This document shows positions 20,622-29,500 of a stretch of DNA of 64,000 nt, piece after piece. A model generated the notes under the pieces. It was given only the letters and a program-made list of their open reading frames with translations. It did not search any database and was not told where the DNA came from. The stretch is from a virus. A program made the translations under genes and the position numbers. Where the stretch lies: IMG/VR virus record IMGVR_UViG_3300021375_002698; one strand, 5' to 3'. How positions within the stretch are numbered: the stretch's first letter is position 1; every line of letters begins with the position of its first letter.

Positions 20622-21302
20622 CTAATGTTTAAATTTCTTGTATAGTTTTTTAGCTAAAGCTTTTCCGCTATTAATATCAGATGGAAAATGAACACCTCTA
20701 TCTAACCTTGACTGCGAAATCTTTTTAGCAAGATTCAAGAACTCTTTTCTTAACAACGGAAAACGATCAGATAGTCTGTAAGCGATATAATATCCCTGCG
20801 CAGCATGACCTGAAGGATATGCACTTGATTCTGCTGATTCTAAATCATCGCTATTAAATATAATATTGTGTTTTTTAGCTAAAAATTTAGGTCTTAAACA
20901 ACTAAAATGTTCTTTATGATAATAAATGATTTCAGAAATCTCGCTTTTTATTTTTTTTACCAAATCGATATGAGAATCAAAACCACTGTCAATAATTAAT
21001 TCATCAAATAATTCATTAATTTCAACGTCTAGTCTGTAAAGCATACTCTCATCATTAAACTTATTATTATACTGTTTTTTTATCAAATTTAACTCTTTAA
21101 CTCTTTCTAATTCAGATGGCGGATCATCTATCAATATTTCTTCATCAATATCTGAATAATGATTCGTTTCAAGCATACTCTCAAACTTTTTCGGCTCATC
21201 TGACATGTTATACACTAAGCCTTTAAGAATAAACTTATTACTTAACTCAAATAATATAACTTCACGTATTAATTTTCTCAATAATATTTCTGATATTTTC
21301 AT
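20622..21302 (-). CDS. PAP2 / vanadium-haloperoxidase superfamily phosphatase with leader
   Basis: K..F...RP, SAYPSGHA, SRLDRGVHFPSD; N-terminus MKISEILLRKLIREVILFE. Confidence 0.88.
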   Translation of the reverse strand: MKISEILLRKLIREVILFELSNKFILKGLVYNMSDEPKKFESMLETNHYSDIDEEILIDDPPSELERVKELNLIKKQYNNKFNDESMLYRLDVEINELFDELIIDSGFDSHIDLVKKIKSEISEIIYYHKEHFSCLRPKFLAKKHNIIFNSDDLESAESSAYPSGHAAQGYYIAYRLSDRFPLLRKEFLNLAKKISQSRLDRGVHFPSDINSGKALAKKLYKKFKH

Positions 21303-21369
21303 AATAAAAGCCTTTTAATGTTTTTTAGTTATACTTATAATATATACATAAAAAAAAGAAAGAAAATTT

Positions 21370-21744
21370 ATGCTAATAACAGAAAAAAAGCTTAGAAAAA
21401 TTATAAAAAACGTTATATCTGAAAATTATGAAGAAAACGAATACTACTCTAGCGGAAGCAGCTTAGAAGACTCGCTTGAACAAGGTAATCCAGATCCTGA
21501 AAGATACTCTTTCGATAATCACGGATATGAAAAAGATATTAAGCATCCAGAATATACAAAAGTAAATGATCCTGTAACTGGAGAAGTATTCTATGTAGAT
21601 GAAGTCACAGATGAAATCATGTCAGAAGATGAATTTAACAAAAGAATAGGCAACTTAGACTTTGACTACCCACCAACTTATGATGAAGATGAAATAAACA
21701 CTTCATACGACATGAGTGATATGCCAGCAGGCGGTTACAATTAA
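21370..21744 (+). CDS. Acidic hypothetical protein with leader
   Basis: MLITEKKLRKIIKNVISE followed by an Asp/Glu-rich body. Confidence 0.7.
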   Translation: MLITEKKLRKIIKNVISENYEENEYYSSGSSLEDSLEQGNPDPERYSFDNHGYEKDIKHPEYTKVNDPVTGEVFYVDEVTDEIMSEDEFNKRIGNLDFDYPPTYDEDEINTSYDMSDMPAGGYN

Positions 21745-21781
21745 TACGGCGACATACTTGATTATGATCTAGACTAATGCT

Positions 21782-22042
21782 TTACATATCTATATCACCG
21801 CTTATATCACCTAATCCAAAATAATCTAACAAGTCTTCACAAGTTAAATTCATCTTAGCTTGCTCTATATCCAAACTTCCACAGCTATCAATATAATTCA
21901 ACGCTCCCCTATGCAATACCATGCAATCTTCAACTAAAATCGTCAACTCCCTACACTCACTAGTATCTTCTTCTTTTTCCACTCTATCATCATTGCAAGA
22001 AATAAATAAAAACAACAATACAATATATAAAAACCTAAACAT
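21782..22042 (-). CDS. Small Cys-containing lipoprotein
   Basis: Lipobox LFISC. Confidence 0.65.
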   Translation of the reverse strand: MFRFLYIVLLFLFISCNDDRVEKEEDTSECRELTILVEDCMVLHRGALNYIDSCGSLDIEQAKMNLTCEDLLDYFGLGDISGDIDM

Positions 22043-22062
22043 TTCAAAAAACCCTTTATCTT

Positions 22063-22104
22063 TAAATATTAATAAGTTGTTTCTAAATATTAATAAGTTG
22101 TTTC
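22063..22104. repeat. 21-bp tandem duplication
   Basis: TAAATATTAATAAGTTGTTTC x2 upstream of the lipoprotein gene. Confidence 0.85.
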
Positions 22105-22135
22105 TTTTTCACTTCACAAAATAATAAATACCTAA

Positions 22136-22474
22136 TTAACAACCACAAGATTCTGAACATACTTTTTCACAATGAATACACTTACATATCTCGTCTAAAC
22201 ATCTACAACAACCCATAATATCTCCTCTACAGCAGTGTGCACATAATTCAATACAATGAATAGCCATCTTATGATTAGCTTTGCAAATCTTATCACACAT
22301 CTCTATCAATTCTTGTTTGGACATATCACAGCAAAACTTTGCTTTACTCATATTAGTACTAGAATCCACTTCTCTATGATCAAAGTCTCTTTGTAAATAA
22401 TCTTCAGGCATAAATTCAGACTCATTTAATACACTTTTTATAATACTTCTTAACTTACTTTCAGTTATTTTCAT
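22136..22474 (-). CDS. Cys-rich putative metal-binding protein with leader
   Basis: MKITESKLRSIIKSVLNE; 17 Cys in the last about 65 aa, many spaced CxxxC/CxxC. Confidence 0.7.
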   Translation of the reverse strand: MKITESKLRSIIKSVLNESEFMPEDYLQRDFDHREVDSSTNMSKAKFCCDMSKQELIEMCDKICKANHKMAIHCIELCAHCCRGDIMGCCRCLDEICKCIHCEKVCSESCGC

Positions 22475-22522
22475 ATTAATCTCCTTAATTTTTTAATATA
22501 TCTATATATTATCAGCAAAAAA

Positions 22523-22993
22523 TTACATTCTTAATTGCTTTATTTTACCATATGCTCTACTATAATTATTCTTTACCATCTCACAATTACTCTTTATACT
22601 CTCACAAAACGCTAATTTAAACTCTTCATCAACTCGATCAACTAAACGAGAAACCTCAGACTTCCAATACTTCAAACAAGCGTGCGTTGAAGGTAAACTC
22701 TTAAAATTATCCTCACAACCTGATGATAAAGCATCACATATTTTATTCACTTCTTCTCTTGACAAGAACCCAAATCTAATTGAATCAACTAATGTACCGA
22801 AAAATCCTGTACTCACACTCATTAACTTCATTACTTCAACCTTGGAACTAGCACCACTTATCTGATCCTTTGGCACCACAGAAGTCATAGTCTGTTTATC
22901 AATAGGATCAGGACTAGGTCTCATACTATATACGTCTTCACTTATCAAATCTCTCCAACTCTCAACTAATAATCTTGTCTCTTCTTTGTTCAT
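22523..22993 (-). CDS. Hypothetical protein with leader
   Basis: MNKEETRLLVESWRDLISE; AGGAG RBS. Confidence 0.7.
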   Translation of the reverse strand: MNKEETRLLVESWRDLISEDVYSMRPSPDPIDKQTMTSVVPKDQISGASSKVEVMKLMSVSTGFFGTLVDSIRFGFLSREEVNKICDALSSGCEDNFKSLPSTHACLKYWKSEVSRLVDRVDEEFKLAFCESIKSNCEMVKNNYSRAYGKIKQLRM

Positions 22994-23125
22994 TACATTA
23001 ACTCCTAATCAATCTTTATATGCATATAAATATGTTTAATCAATTCAATATGAAAAGTTTAACACAATTAAACGTCGTGACACAGGCGACACCCATCTCG
23101 ATCAAAATTATCAAATATTTCCGAC

Positions 23126-23731
23126 TTAAAATCGACCTCTGTCCATCATGTCTTTTTGACGCGCTTTTTCTTCAGATCTTTCTATACTTAAACGATCTAA
23201 ATGATCTAAATTAGGTTTACCATACTTATTTCCTCTTTTAGTAATTGCTTTGATATCATCGCTATAATGAATCTCTCTAGGATCTGTTCCATGGTAACCC
23301 GGTGCTGATTTATCTACAAAACTTTCGCCATCTAATCTTAACTTATAATGCGTATTACTTCCTGCTTCTTTAAAAACAATAATATTAATCTCACTTTTTA
23401 AGTCGCTATCTTCAATCACAAATAAAGGAATCAAGGCTTTTGACTCATTCTTGTTAGCCCACTTGATATCTTCAACACTATCTGGACTTATTACTATTTC
23501 ATTTGTATTGATTTGTTTACCCTTTAATAATTCTATAAGCTTGTCAGCTTCTTGTTCTCCCGCAATTATACCATGATCAGGAATAAAATCATACTTAAGA
23601 CTTCTTGCTTCAGACTCGCTTATCTCTTTACCTCTTTTACTTAAGTCTATATTACCTCTACTATTTTTACTAGCTGATTCTTTCAATATATTTCTTATAA
23701 TTCTTCTTAATCTACTCTCAGTTATTCTCAT
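23126..23731 (-). CDS. Hypothetical protein with leader
   Basis: MRITESRLRRIIRNILKE; AGGAG RBS. Confidence 0.7.
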   Translation of the reverse strand: MRITESRLRRIIRNILKESASKNSRGNIDLSKRGKEISESEARSLKYDFIPDHGIIAGEQEADKLIELLKGKQINTNEIVISPDSVEDIKWANKNESKALIPLFVIEDSDLKSEINIIVFKEAGSNTHYKLRLDGESFVDKSAPGYHGTDPREIHYSDDIKAITKRGNKYGKPNLDHLDRLSIERSEEKARQKDMMDRGRF

Positions 23732-23802
23732 ATTATCTCCTAATTAATATTTAATATAAATATATATATTCAATCAAATCACAAATATAAATTAAACAAG
23801 CA

Positions 23803-24312
23803 TCAACGTCGTGACACCCGAGACACCCTACTCCACACAGTCGCTTCCCAACCATCACTATCATCAACATACTTTCGCCCAGTATCTACAAATCCAGCAT
23901 TGCTAAACGCTCTCTTAGAAGAAATATTGTCCACACCAATCAACAAATCAGCAGCTTCTCTACCCACAAAAAACTTCGATATCGCAATACTACCTATTCC
24001 TCTAATACTCTCCCTTACTTCACTATCAATATAAATCGCACCCACTCTCCATCCACTTCTTTCTTCTCGAGGTGTCATAAACCCCACTAACTCGCCTTCA
24101 TAATATATTCCCCCTCTTAAACGTCTACTATCATCAGGATATACAAAACCACTTATCTCACCATCTTCATCTCCCTTCATTAACAAATCGCTATCAATAT
24201 CATCAGGATATGCTACTTCAACATCTCCACTAGCAGCTATATCTATCTCTTCTCTTAATAACTTTCTCCATCCCTCAACTAATAGCTTCGTCTCTCTACA
24301 ATTCATGCTCAT
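23803..24312 (-). CDS. GNAT-family acetyltransferase with leader
   Basis: ELVGFM, GAIYIDSEVR..RGIGS, NISSKRAFSNAGF; N-terminus RETKLLVEGWRKLLREE. Confidence 0.8.
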   Translation of the reverse strand: MSMNCRETKLLVEGWRKLLREEIDIAASGDVEVAYPDDIDSDLLMKGDEDGEISGFVYPDDSRRLRGGIYYEGELVGFMTPREERSGWRVGAIYIDSEVRESIRGIGSIAISKFFVGREAADLLIGVDNISSKRAFSNAGFVDTGRKYVDDSDGWEATVWSRVSRVSRR

Positions 24313-24581
24313 AAGTCGCTCTCTTTTCTTTTATCTATATATCAAAAAGTTATTCAAAAGTTCTCCCGAAAATTTTTGACCAAAAACTGAAAATTGGTTT
24401 ATCAAAAAGCGCCGCAAACTACTACGAAAAGCTATTTCTTTTCTTTCTACTCTTATCTATATACGTGACTCGTGGTGTTAGGGTAACGAAGAAAATACTT
24501 TTAAAAGTTGTGAGTGAGGAGAAGCGACAGCCGACTTAGGCGCGGCCCGTGTAAATTACTCACTGAGTTTGATATAATATA

Positions 24582-24631
24582 GGGGGCTTTTTAGGGGCCC
24601 AAAAAGGGCTACTAAGAGCCCCGGGGCTTTT
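24582..24631 (+). other. GC-rich hairpin and overlapping 12-bp palindrome at the transcription divergence point
   Basis: GGGGCTTTTTAG-GG-GCCC-AAAAA-GGGC-TA-CTAAGAGCCCC; palindrome AGCCCCGGGGCT at 24617-24628. Confidence 0.8.
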
Positions 24632-24950
24632 GGCCTAGTGTAAAATTTAAAATTTAATTGATATAATCATCATGTAATAAATAATAAATAATAAAATTAT
24701 TTAAAATAAAAAAAATAAAAAATAAAAAAATTAAATATTATAAATCAGATATTAATATTAAATGTGTATTTTTAAAATATAATATATATAATATCAATAT
24801 AATAAATAATAAATAAAAAAATTATTTAAAATAATAAAATTAAATATTATAAAACTATAAAGATAGGAAATGAAGGAAAACGAGTGTAAAACGATGAGAT
24901 CAGATAATACAATCATTATGTAATTAATTAATATCTTTGAAAGGATATGT

Positions 24951-25622
24951 ATGAAACATCCACTAATACAAACTGTAATTGATAATGCTGAAACAAGAAA
25001 ATTCCTTAAAGATCTATTCGAAAAGAATTTATCTGAGGGTAAAGATAAAACTTCTGTTTTAAGATTTGGGGAAGCCTTGATTGATATATTGAAAGATGAA
25101 GTCGGTTCATTAAAAGGAAAACGTGTAACATCTGGAGATACGGGTTGGCGAACTGAAATAAAATCAATGTTTTCGGGACGAGGAAGACAATGGATTAAAG
25201 TTGGAATTGATAAGGTGACACCGAGATTGGATAAATTTGATGAGGATGGAATTGACACATCAGAATATCGAAAATGGATTAAATCTAAGGATTATGCATG
25301 GATTAGATTTAATGGAGCTCGAATTAATGATGGTGTAAATTGTGGAGGATTTGAGATAAGAACATCAGGATCCAAAATCGATCATCCGAAACAGTTATGT
25401 TATATACCGATGGATGAACTCAGTGAGGATAAAATCGAAAGATTATCAGGAACTCCCCATTCTATGAGTTTAGAAGTTATAACAGAAAAAGTTGAAGAGG
25501 AAACGATTGAGGAAACGATTGAGGAAAACACGAATCTGGACGAAGAGATTGATACAGAGGAAACAACTGGGGAAGTTACGAATGAAGACGAAGTAGATGA
25601 AGAAGATATATACTCTGTGTAA
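24951..25622 (+). CDS. Novel 'GRG/AWxRF/GSKxDH' family protein, copy 1, acidic tail
   Basis: MFSGRGRQW, YAWIRF, RTSGSKIDHP, GTPHSMSLE. Confidence 0.85.
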   Translation: MKHPLIQTVIDNAETRKFLKDLFEKNLSEGKDKTSVLRFGEALIDILKDEVGSLKGKRVTSGDTGWRTEIKSMFSGRGRQWIKVGIDKVTPRLDKFDEDGIDTSEYRKWIKSKDYAWIRFNGARINDGVNCGGFEIRTSGSKIDHPKQLCYIPMDELSEDKIERLSGTPHSMSLEVITEKVEEETIEETIEENTNLDEEIDTEETTGEVTNEDEVDEEDIYSV

Positions 25623-25652
25623 TTAGGGTTTGGGTTGGGGATTGATGGATAA

Positions 25653-25745
25653 ACGACGATTAGATAAATGATTTGAAGTTACGATGATTAGATAAATGAT
25701 TTGAAGTTACGATGATTAGATAAATGATTTGAAGTTACGATGATT
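25653..25745. repeat. 28-bp tandem repeat (3.3 copies) upstream of a promoter
   Basis: ACGATGATTAGATAAATGATTTGAAGTT at 25653, 25681 and 25709, plus a partial copy. Confidence 0.95.
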
Positions 25746-25843
25746 CGTATCGTCAAACGTGTAAAAATTTGATTCTTTAATGTATAATATACATGTAAGG
25801 AAGGAAACAATATTTCAAGCAACATCACGATGAAAGGTTTAAT

Positions 25844-26089
25844 ATGATTTTTGTTTCAGTTGTACAACGTGGATATACAGAGTCGCAGTTATATGGTCCA
25901 TTTAAAACAGTTGAAGAAGCGCGTCATGAATTTACTGATAGTGTTACACGAGGAGATGATGGTGACGAAACGAAGTATACATTTTTTGAAGTTAAAAATG
26001 AAGTGATGAAAGAAGTTGGATATGTTTTGTTTTACGATGAGTGTGATGATAAAGATGATTTTAAGGAAGAATATTTTCTAAACGTGTAA
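25844..26089 (+). CDS. Hypothetical protein, paralog of 41025-41246
   Basis: LYGPFKTVEEA...FFEV..VGYVLF; stop lies inside the next GTGTAA. Confidence 0.75.
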   Translation: MIFVSVVQRGYTESQLYGPFKTVEEARHEFTDSVTRGDDGDETKYTFFEVKNEVMKEVGYVLFYDECDDKDDFKEEYFLNV

Positions 26090-26159
26090 TTTATGAAGTT
26101 GTTATATTATAATAACGATGTAAGGATAATTAATCAATTAACGACGAGAGGTTTATTTT

Positions 26160-26243
26160 ATGGATATTTATGGAATTTTATTAACAATCACAGTGACACT
26201 TCCAATGGCTGGGTTTATCTATCTGTTCTTGTTTGAACAATAA
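26160..26243 (+). CDS. 27-aa single-TM peptide (not in ORF track)
   Basis: MDIYGILLTITVTLPMAGFIYLFLFEQ behind promoter 26084 and a GAGG RBS. Confidence 0.6.
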   Translation: MDIYGILLTITVTLPMAGFIYLFLFEQ

Positions 26244-26305
26244 ACGTTGTTTTGAGTTGTCATATTGAAAATATTTTTTAACTACTAACATTAGATGAGT
26301 GAGGT

Positions 26306-26494
26306 TTGTGTATGTTGATTTATAAGATCCAGGCATTTTTGATTGTATTGTTTTTGTCTATATCTTTTCTTGGGTGTATATGTTTAGCTTATGATGCATA
26401 TCTAGGTGACGAAGTTAATGTTGTGTGCTCTGGAGAGGTTTCAAGGAAAGACTGTGATGAGTATAAAGAGACTATTCGTAATCTTGATAGATGA
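26306..26494 (+). CDS. Small membrane protein
   Basis: Hydrophobic N-half; GAGG RBS; stop supplied by the repeat element. Confidence 0.6.
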   Translation: MCMLIYKIQAFLIVLFLSISFLGCICLAYDAYLGDEVNVVCSGEVSRKDCDEYKETIRNLDR

Positions 26495-26525
26495 CTTGAT
26501 GTTACAAGGTTAGGATACGTCATCT
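26489..26525 (+). repeat. Promoter-upstream structured element, best copy
   Basis: AGATGAC-TTGATGTTACAAG-GTTAGGATAC-GTCATCT; related copies at about 26847, 27215, 28444, 28978, 29806 and 25725. Confidence 0.9.
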
Positions 26526-26655
26526 GTGATGTGTAAAATTTATTAATTAAATATTATAATCACCATGTAATAAATAATAAATTATTTAAAAATTAAATAA
26601 AAAAAATATTAATTATTATAAATCTTTAAAATTTATAAATCTGAAAGGATTTAAT

Positions 26656-26850
26656 ATGAGTTCTGTTAAAATTCGTCAAGTATACATTGAATATCGTGAT
26701 ATGTCTGTTAGAGAGTTCGGTTATGACTCTTTTGTAAAAGCTTTATCTCAATTCGTGACAAGAAACGCAGATTTAGGAGATATTGCGATTGCATCTCAGC
26801 TTGCTTACCGTTATCTTACTGAGCAAAGACAACATGATTATATAATTTGA
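26656..26850 (+). CDS. Hypothetical protein
   Basis: Own promoter and GAAAGG RBS. Confidence 0.75.
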   Translation: MSSVKIRQVYIEYRDMSVREFGYDSFVKALSQFVTRNADLGDIAIASQLAYRYLTEQRQHDYII

Positions 26851-26946
26851 TGTGACAAGGCTTGGATACGTTCATCAGCGATGTGTAAAATATAAATTTA
26901 AAATATTATAATATTTATGTAATTAAGGAAAAACGAAAGGCACTAT

Positions 26947-27033
26947 TTGTTAACTAAAGCACAAACTGTTTGCTTTGATATTGTTTTATTAATAATGTTA
27001 ATTACAGTTTTAGTATATATATTATCAACTTAG
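26947..27033 (+). CDS. 28-aa single-TM peptide (not in ORF track)
   Basis: TTG start after GAAAGG; MLTKAQTVCFDIVLLIMLITVLVYILST. Confidence 0.5.
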   Translation: MLTKAQTVCFDIVLLIMLITVLVYILST

Positions 27034-27049
27034 ACTCACGAGTAAATTT

Positions 27050-27235
27050 ATGTTCAATTTATCTAAAGACTTAGTTTCGTTATCATTTAAAGTTAATAAA
27101 CTAAGTTTTATGCAAACAGTATTTTTTGGTTTTAAATTATCAGTCAATCTTTTTGTTCTATCATTTCTGGTATCATTACCTTTTTACATTATTTCTAATG
27201 CTGCTGTGTTTATTGATTTGATGTTACAAGGCTAG
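27050..27235 (+). CDS. Small membrane protein
   Basis: Hydrophobic; last codons DLMLQG* are read from the repeat element. Confidence 0.6.
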   Translation: MFNLSKDLVSLSFKVNKLSFMQTVFFGFKLSVNLFVLSFLVSLPFYIISNAAVFIDLMLQG

Positions 27236-27330
27236 GATACGTCATCTGCGATGTGTAAAATTTAATTTTTAATTGATATAATCTTTATGTAATTAAGGAT
27301 TTAATATAAAATAATCTGAAAGGATTTAAA

Positions 27331-27645
27331 ATGCAGGTTTTAAAAAATACAGCTAATAAAACGGGTTTTTTAAATAAGACTGTTGAACAACAAATCGAAG
27401 CGTTAGCTGAAGATTTTTGTAACGGTATGGACTACGGTTATAAAATCGATTCAGTAAAAAAAGGCAAGAATGGCTTTTACACTGTATCAGTTGTTTGTCC
27501 AACTGGAGCTATGGCTGGTGTTTGTTTTATGTGGAACCCTGAAACTCAAACTGATTATTACCTTGGTGAGCCTATAGGCAATGAAACTTTTGAAATTCAC
27601 CCAGCACTTTTCGAAGATTTCAAAGATTATGTTGTTAACGTGTAA
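27331..27645 (+). CDS. Hypothetical protein
   Basis: Own promoter and RBS; stop lies inside the next GTGTAA. Confidence 0.8.
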   Translation: MQVLKNTANKTGFLNKTVEQQIEALAEDFCNGMDYGYKIDSVKKGKNGFYTVSVVCPTGAMAGVCFMWNPETQTDYYLGEPIGNETFEIHPALFEDFKDYVVNV

Positions 27646-27718
27646 TAAATTATTTGGTGTGATATAATTTTTATGTAATCAAGGATACAAACTAAAACAA
27701 TCTGAAAGGATTTAAAAT

Positions 27719-27928
27719 ATGGAATTTACGTATGAATCAGTTAACGATGCTTTAAATCGTCATCATCATAATCTTTCTGGTTACTGGTCTACTCTAGGCT
27801 GGGACGATAACATTGCGACGGTAGGTTATATGATGGAAGATGGAACTGAAGAAGACGTTACTGTAGATAAACAAGGAATTGTGCATGCTTCAGAAAAAGT
27901 AATGGCAGAGATGCAAGATATAGGTTAA
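27719..27928 (+). CDS. Hypothetical protein, paralog of 30418-30627
   Basis: EFTY.S.N..L..HH.NL...W..LGWD..IATV.Y...EDVT.D.Q..V.ASEK.M. Confidence 0.8.
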   Translation: MEFTYESVNDALNRHHHNLSGYWSTLGWDDNIATVGYMMEDGTEEDVTVDKQGIVHASEKVMAEMQDIG

Positions 27929-27997
27929 CCTACATCGTGTAACTAAGTCTCTATTTGTTTTATAATTAATCACCACCCGCCAATAGAAGGATTCAAT

Positions 27998-28441
27998 ATG
28001 AATTTATCTCAATTAATTAAAAATGCTAAACCAATAAATGATACCACAGTGTTAGGATCAGTCTGGACTGATAATAAAGATTTCTGTTCAACAGAGATGC
28101 TGAAGTCTGGCGAACAAATGTTAACTGATATGGTTGAGTGTCAAGATCTCATTGCAACCTTAGACATCGCAGAAAAAACAAATGTTTCAATACCAAAACT
28201 ATCAGCGAAATTAATTAAACAAGATGATGACTGGGATTTTATCAAAGTAACGATTGAAAGCAAAATACCTGATGAATTTGCTAATCTCATGTGGGATATT
28301 CAAGAAGGTCGTTTCCCATCTTTGAGTTATCGTGAGAAAAAAAGTGAGTATATTACAACAATCAGAACAACATGGAGAATGGATAAATATATTTTATCTG
28401 CTGAAGATAATGTTAATATTATTAATGCAACCTTATCTTAA
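27998..28441 (+). CDS. Hypothetical protein
   Basis: Own promoter and GAAGG RBS. Confidence 0.75.
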   Translation: MNLSQLIKNAKPINDTTVLGSVWTDNKDFCSTEMLKSGEQMLTDMVECQDLIATLDIAEKTNVSIPKLSAKLIKQDDDWDFIKVTIESKIPDEFANLMWDIQEGRFPSLSYREKKSEYITTIRTTWRMDKYILSAEDNVNIINATLS

Positions 28442-28563
28442 TTGATTCGAGTCGTCAAGGTTAGGATACGTCATCTGCGATGTGTAAAATTTAATTTTTA
28501 ATTGATATAATCTTTATGTAAATAAGGATTACAATAACATTTTTAAAAGTAAAGGTATTTAAT

Positions 28564-28983
28564 ATGGAAAACGTTTTATCACTATTTAATATCAATCCTA
28601 AAAACCCAACGCTTTGCGAAACAACAACTCTGGGCCAAGCGAAACGAGGAAATCGTCAGTTTTATGATACTCATCACAAAGTCTCATACATTACATATTT
28701 AAACGGATATGTTCGCCGGGAAATTAAAGCAACCTACGTTTCACCTTATACAACAAGTCAAATATCTTATAAAGTTCAAGATCAGTTCGTTATTAACAAA
28801 AGAACAGCTACAAAACAAACATATAAAGCGCCTAACGGATATGAATACTCATACACATCAACTGGAGTTATCAAAGAGCCTTGTGCCCAAAAGCGAATGG
28901 ATATCATCGATCATCACTCATCTAACTACAGAGGATATAAAGGTCGATTCGCTAAACCAAATTATACTCTAATCTCTAGATGA
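28564..28983 (+). CDS. Basic hypothetical protein, paralog of 31865-32269
   Basis: Shared Y.D..Y..GYVRR.IK...IN motif. Confidence 0.8.
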   Translation: MENVLSLFNINPKNPTLCETTTLGQAKRGNRQFYDTHHKVSYITYLNGYVRREIKATYVSPYTTSQISYKVQDQFVINKRTATKQTYKAPNGYEYSYTSTGVIKEPCAQKRMDIIDHHSSNYRGYKGRFAKPNYTLISR

Positions 28984-29014
28984 CTTGATGTCGCAAGACT
29001 AAGCAACGTCATCT
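28978..29014 (+). repeat. Promoter-upstream structured element, diverged copy
   Basis: AGATGAC-TTGATGTCGCAAG-ACTAAGCAAC-GTCATCT; stems kept, loops changed. Confidence 0.85.
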
Positions 29015-29096
29015 CTTAAGTGTAAAATTTAATTTATAATTGATATAATCTTTATGTAAATAAGGATTCAATCCAAAATAATCTTAAAGGATTAAT

Positions 29097-29474
29097 ATGA
29101 CTACTAAAGACTTACTAAACTCTACGTATTTTCAAATCGATTATCGATCTCTCCCTTCTGGCATCGGTCATATCAACTACGAAAGTGGTGACGTCGTTCT
29201 TGTTACTGAATCTGATTCAGGTCCTAAAGATATGGAATGCGCAAGAAAAGTTATTCGAGAAGAATATCTTCCATCTTCAATTGATCACATCCCATTCAGT
29301 ATGGGTGAGTATTGGGAAGCAGGCCAAGCAGCACTTGAAGCTATCTTAGAAACTCATGATGTTAAATATGTTATCGACTCTGAATTGTCTTATGAAGTGG
29401 AAGAAGATCTTGTAGAAGATATGGAATATCATATCTTTACACTGCAAAACTGGCTCAAAGCTAGAGCAGCCTAA
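29097..29474 (+). CDS. Acidic hypothetical protein
   Basis: Own promoter and RBS. Confidence 0.75.
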   Translation: MTTKDLLNSTYFQIDYRSLPSGIGHINYESGDVVLVTESDSGPKDMECARKVIREEYLPSSIDHIPFSMGEYWEAGQAALEAILETHDVKYVIDSELSYEVEEDLVEDMEYHIFTLQNWLKARAA

Positions 29475-29500
29475 CAAATTTACAAACAAAGGGTTTTATT

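Noticed and set aside
25623-25648. Telomere-like / G-quadruplex sequence TTAGGGTTTGGGTTGGGG
   Set aside because: Only three full G tracts, a single occurrence, and it lies in a locally G-skewed region.
26489-26525. Canonical integron attC site (contains GTTAGGA)
   Set aside because: No RYYYAAC...GTTRRRY pair at the ends, too short, and no IntI in the window. Only the architectural analogy is kept.
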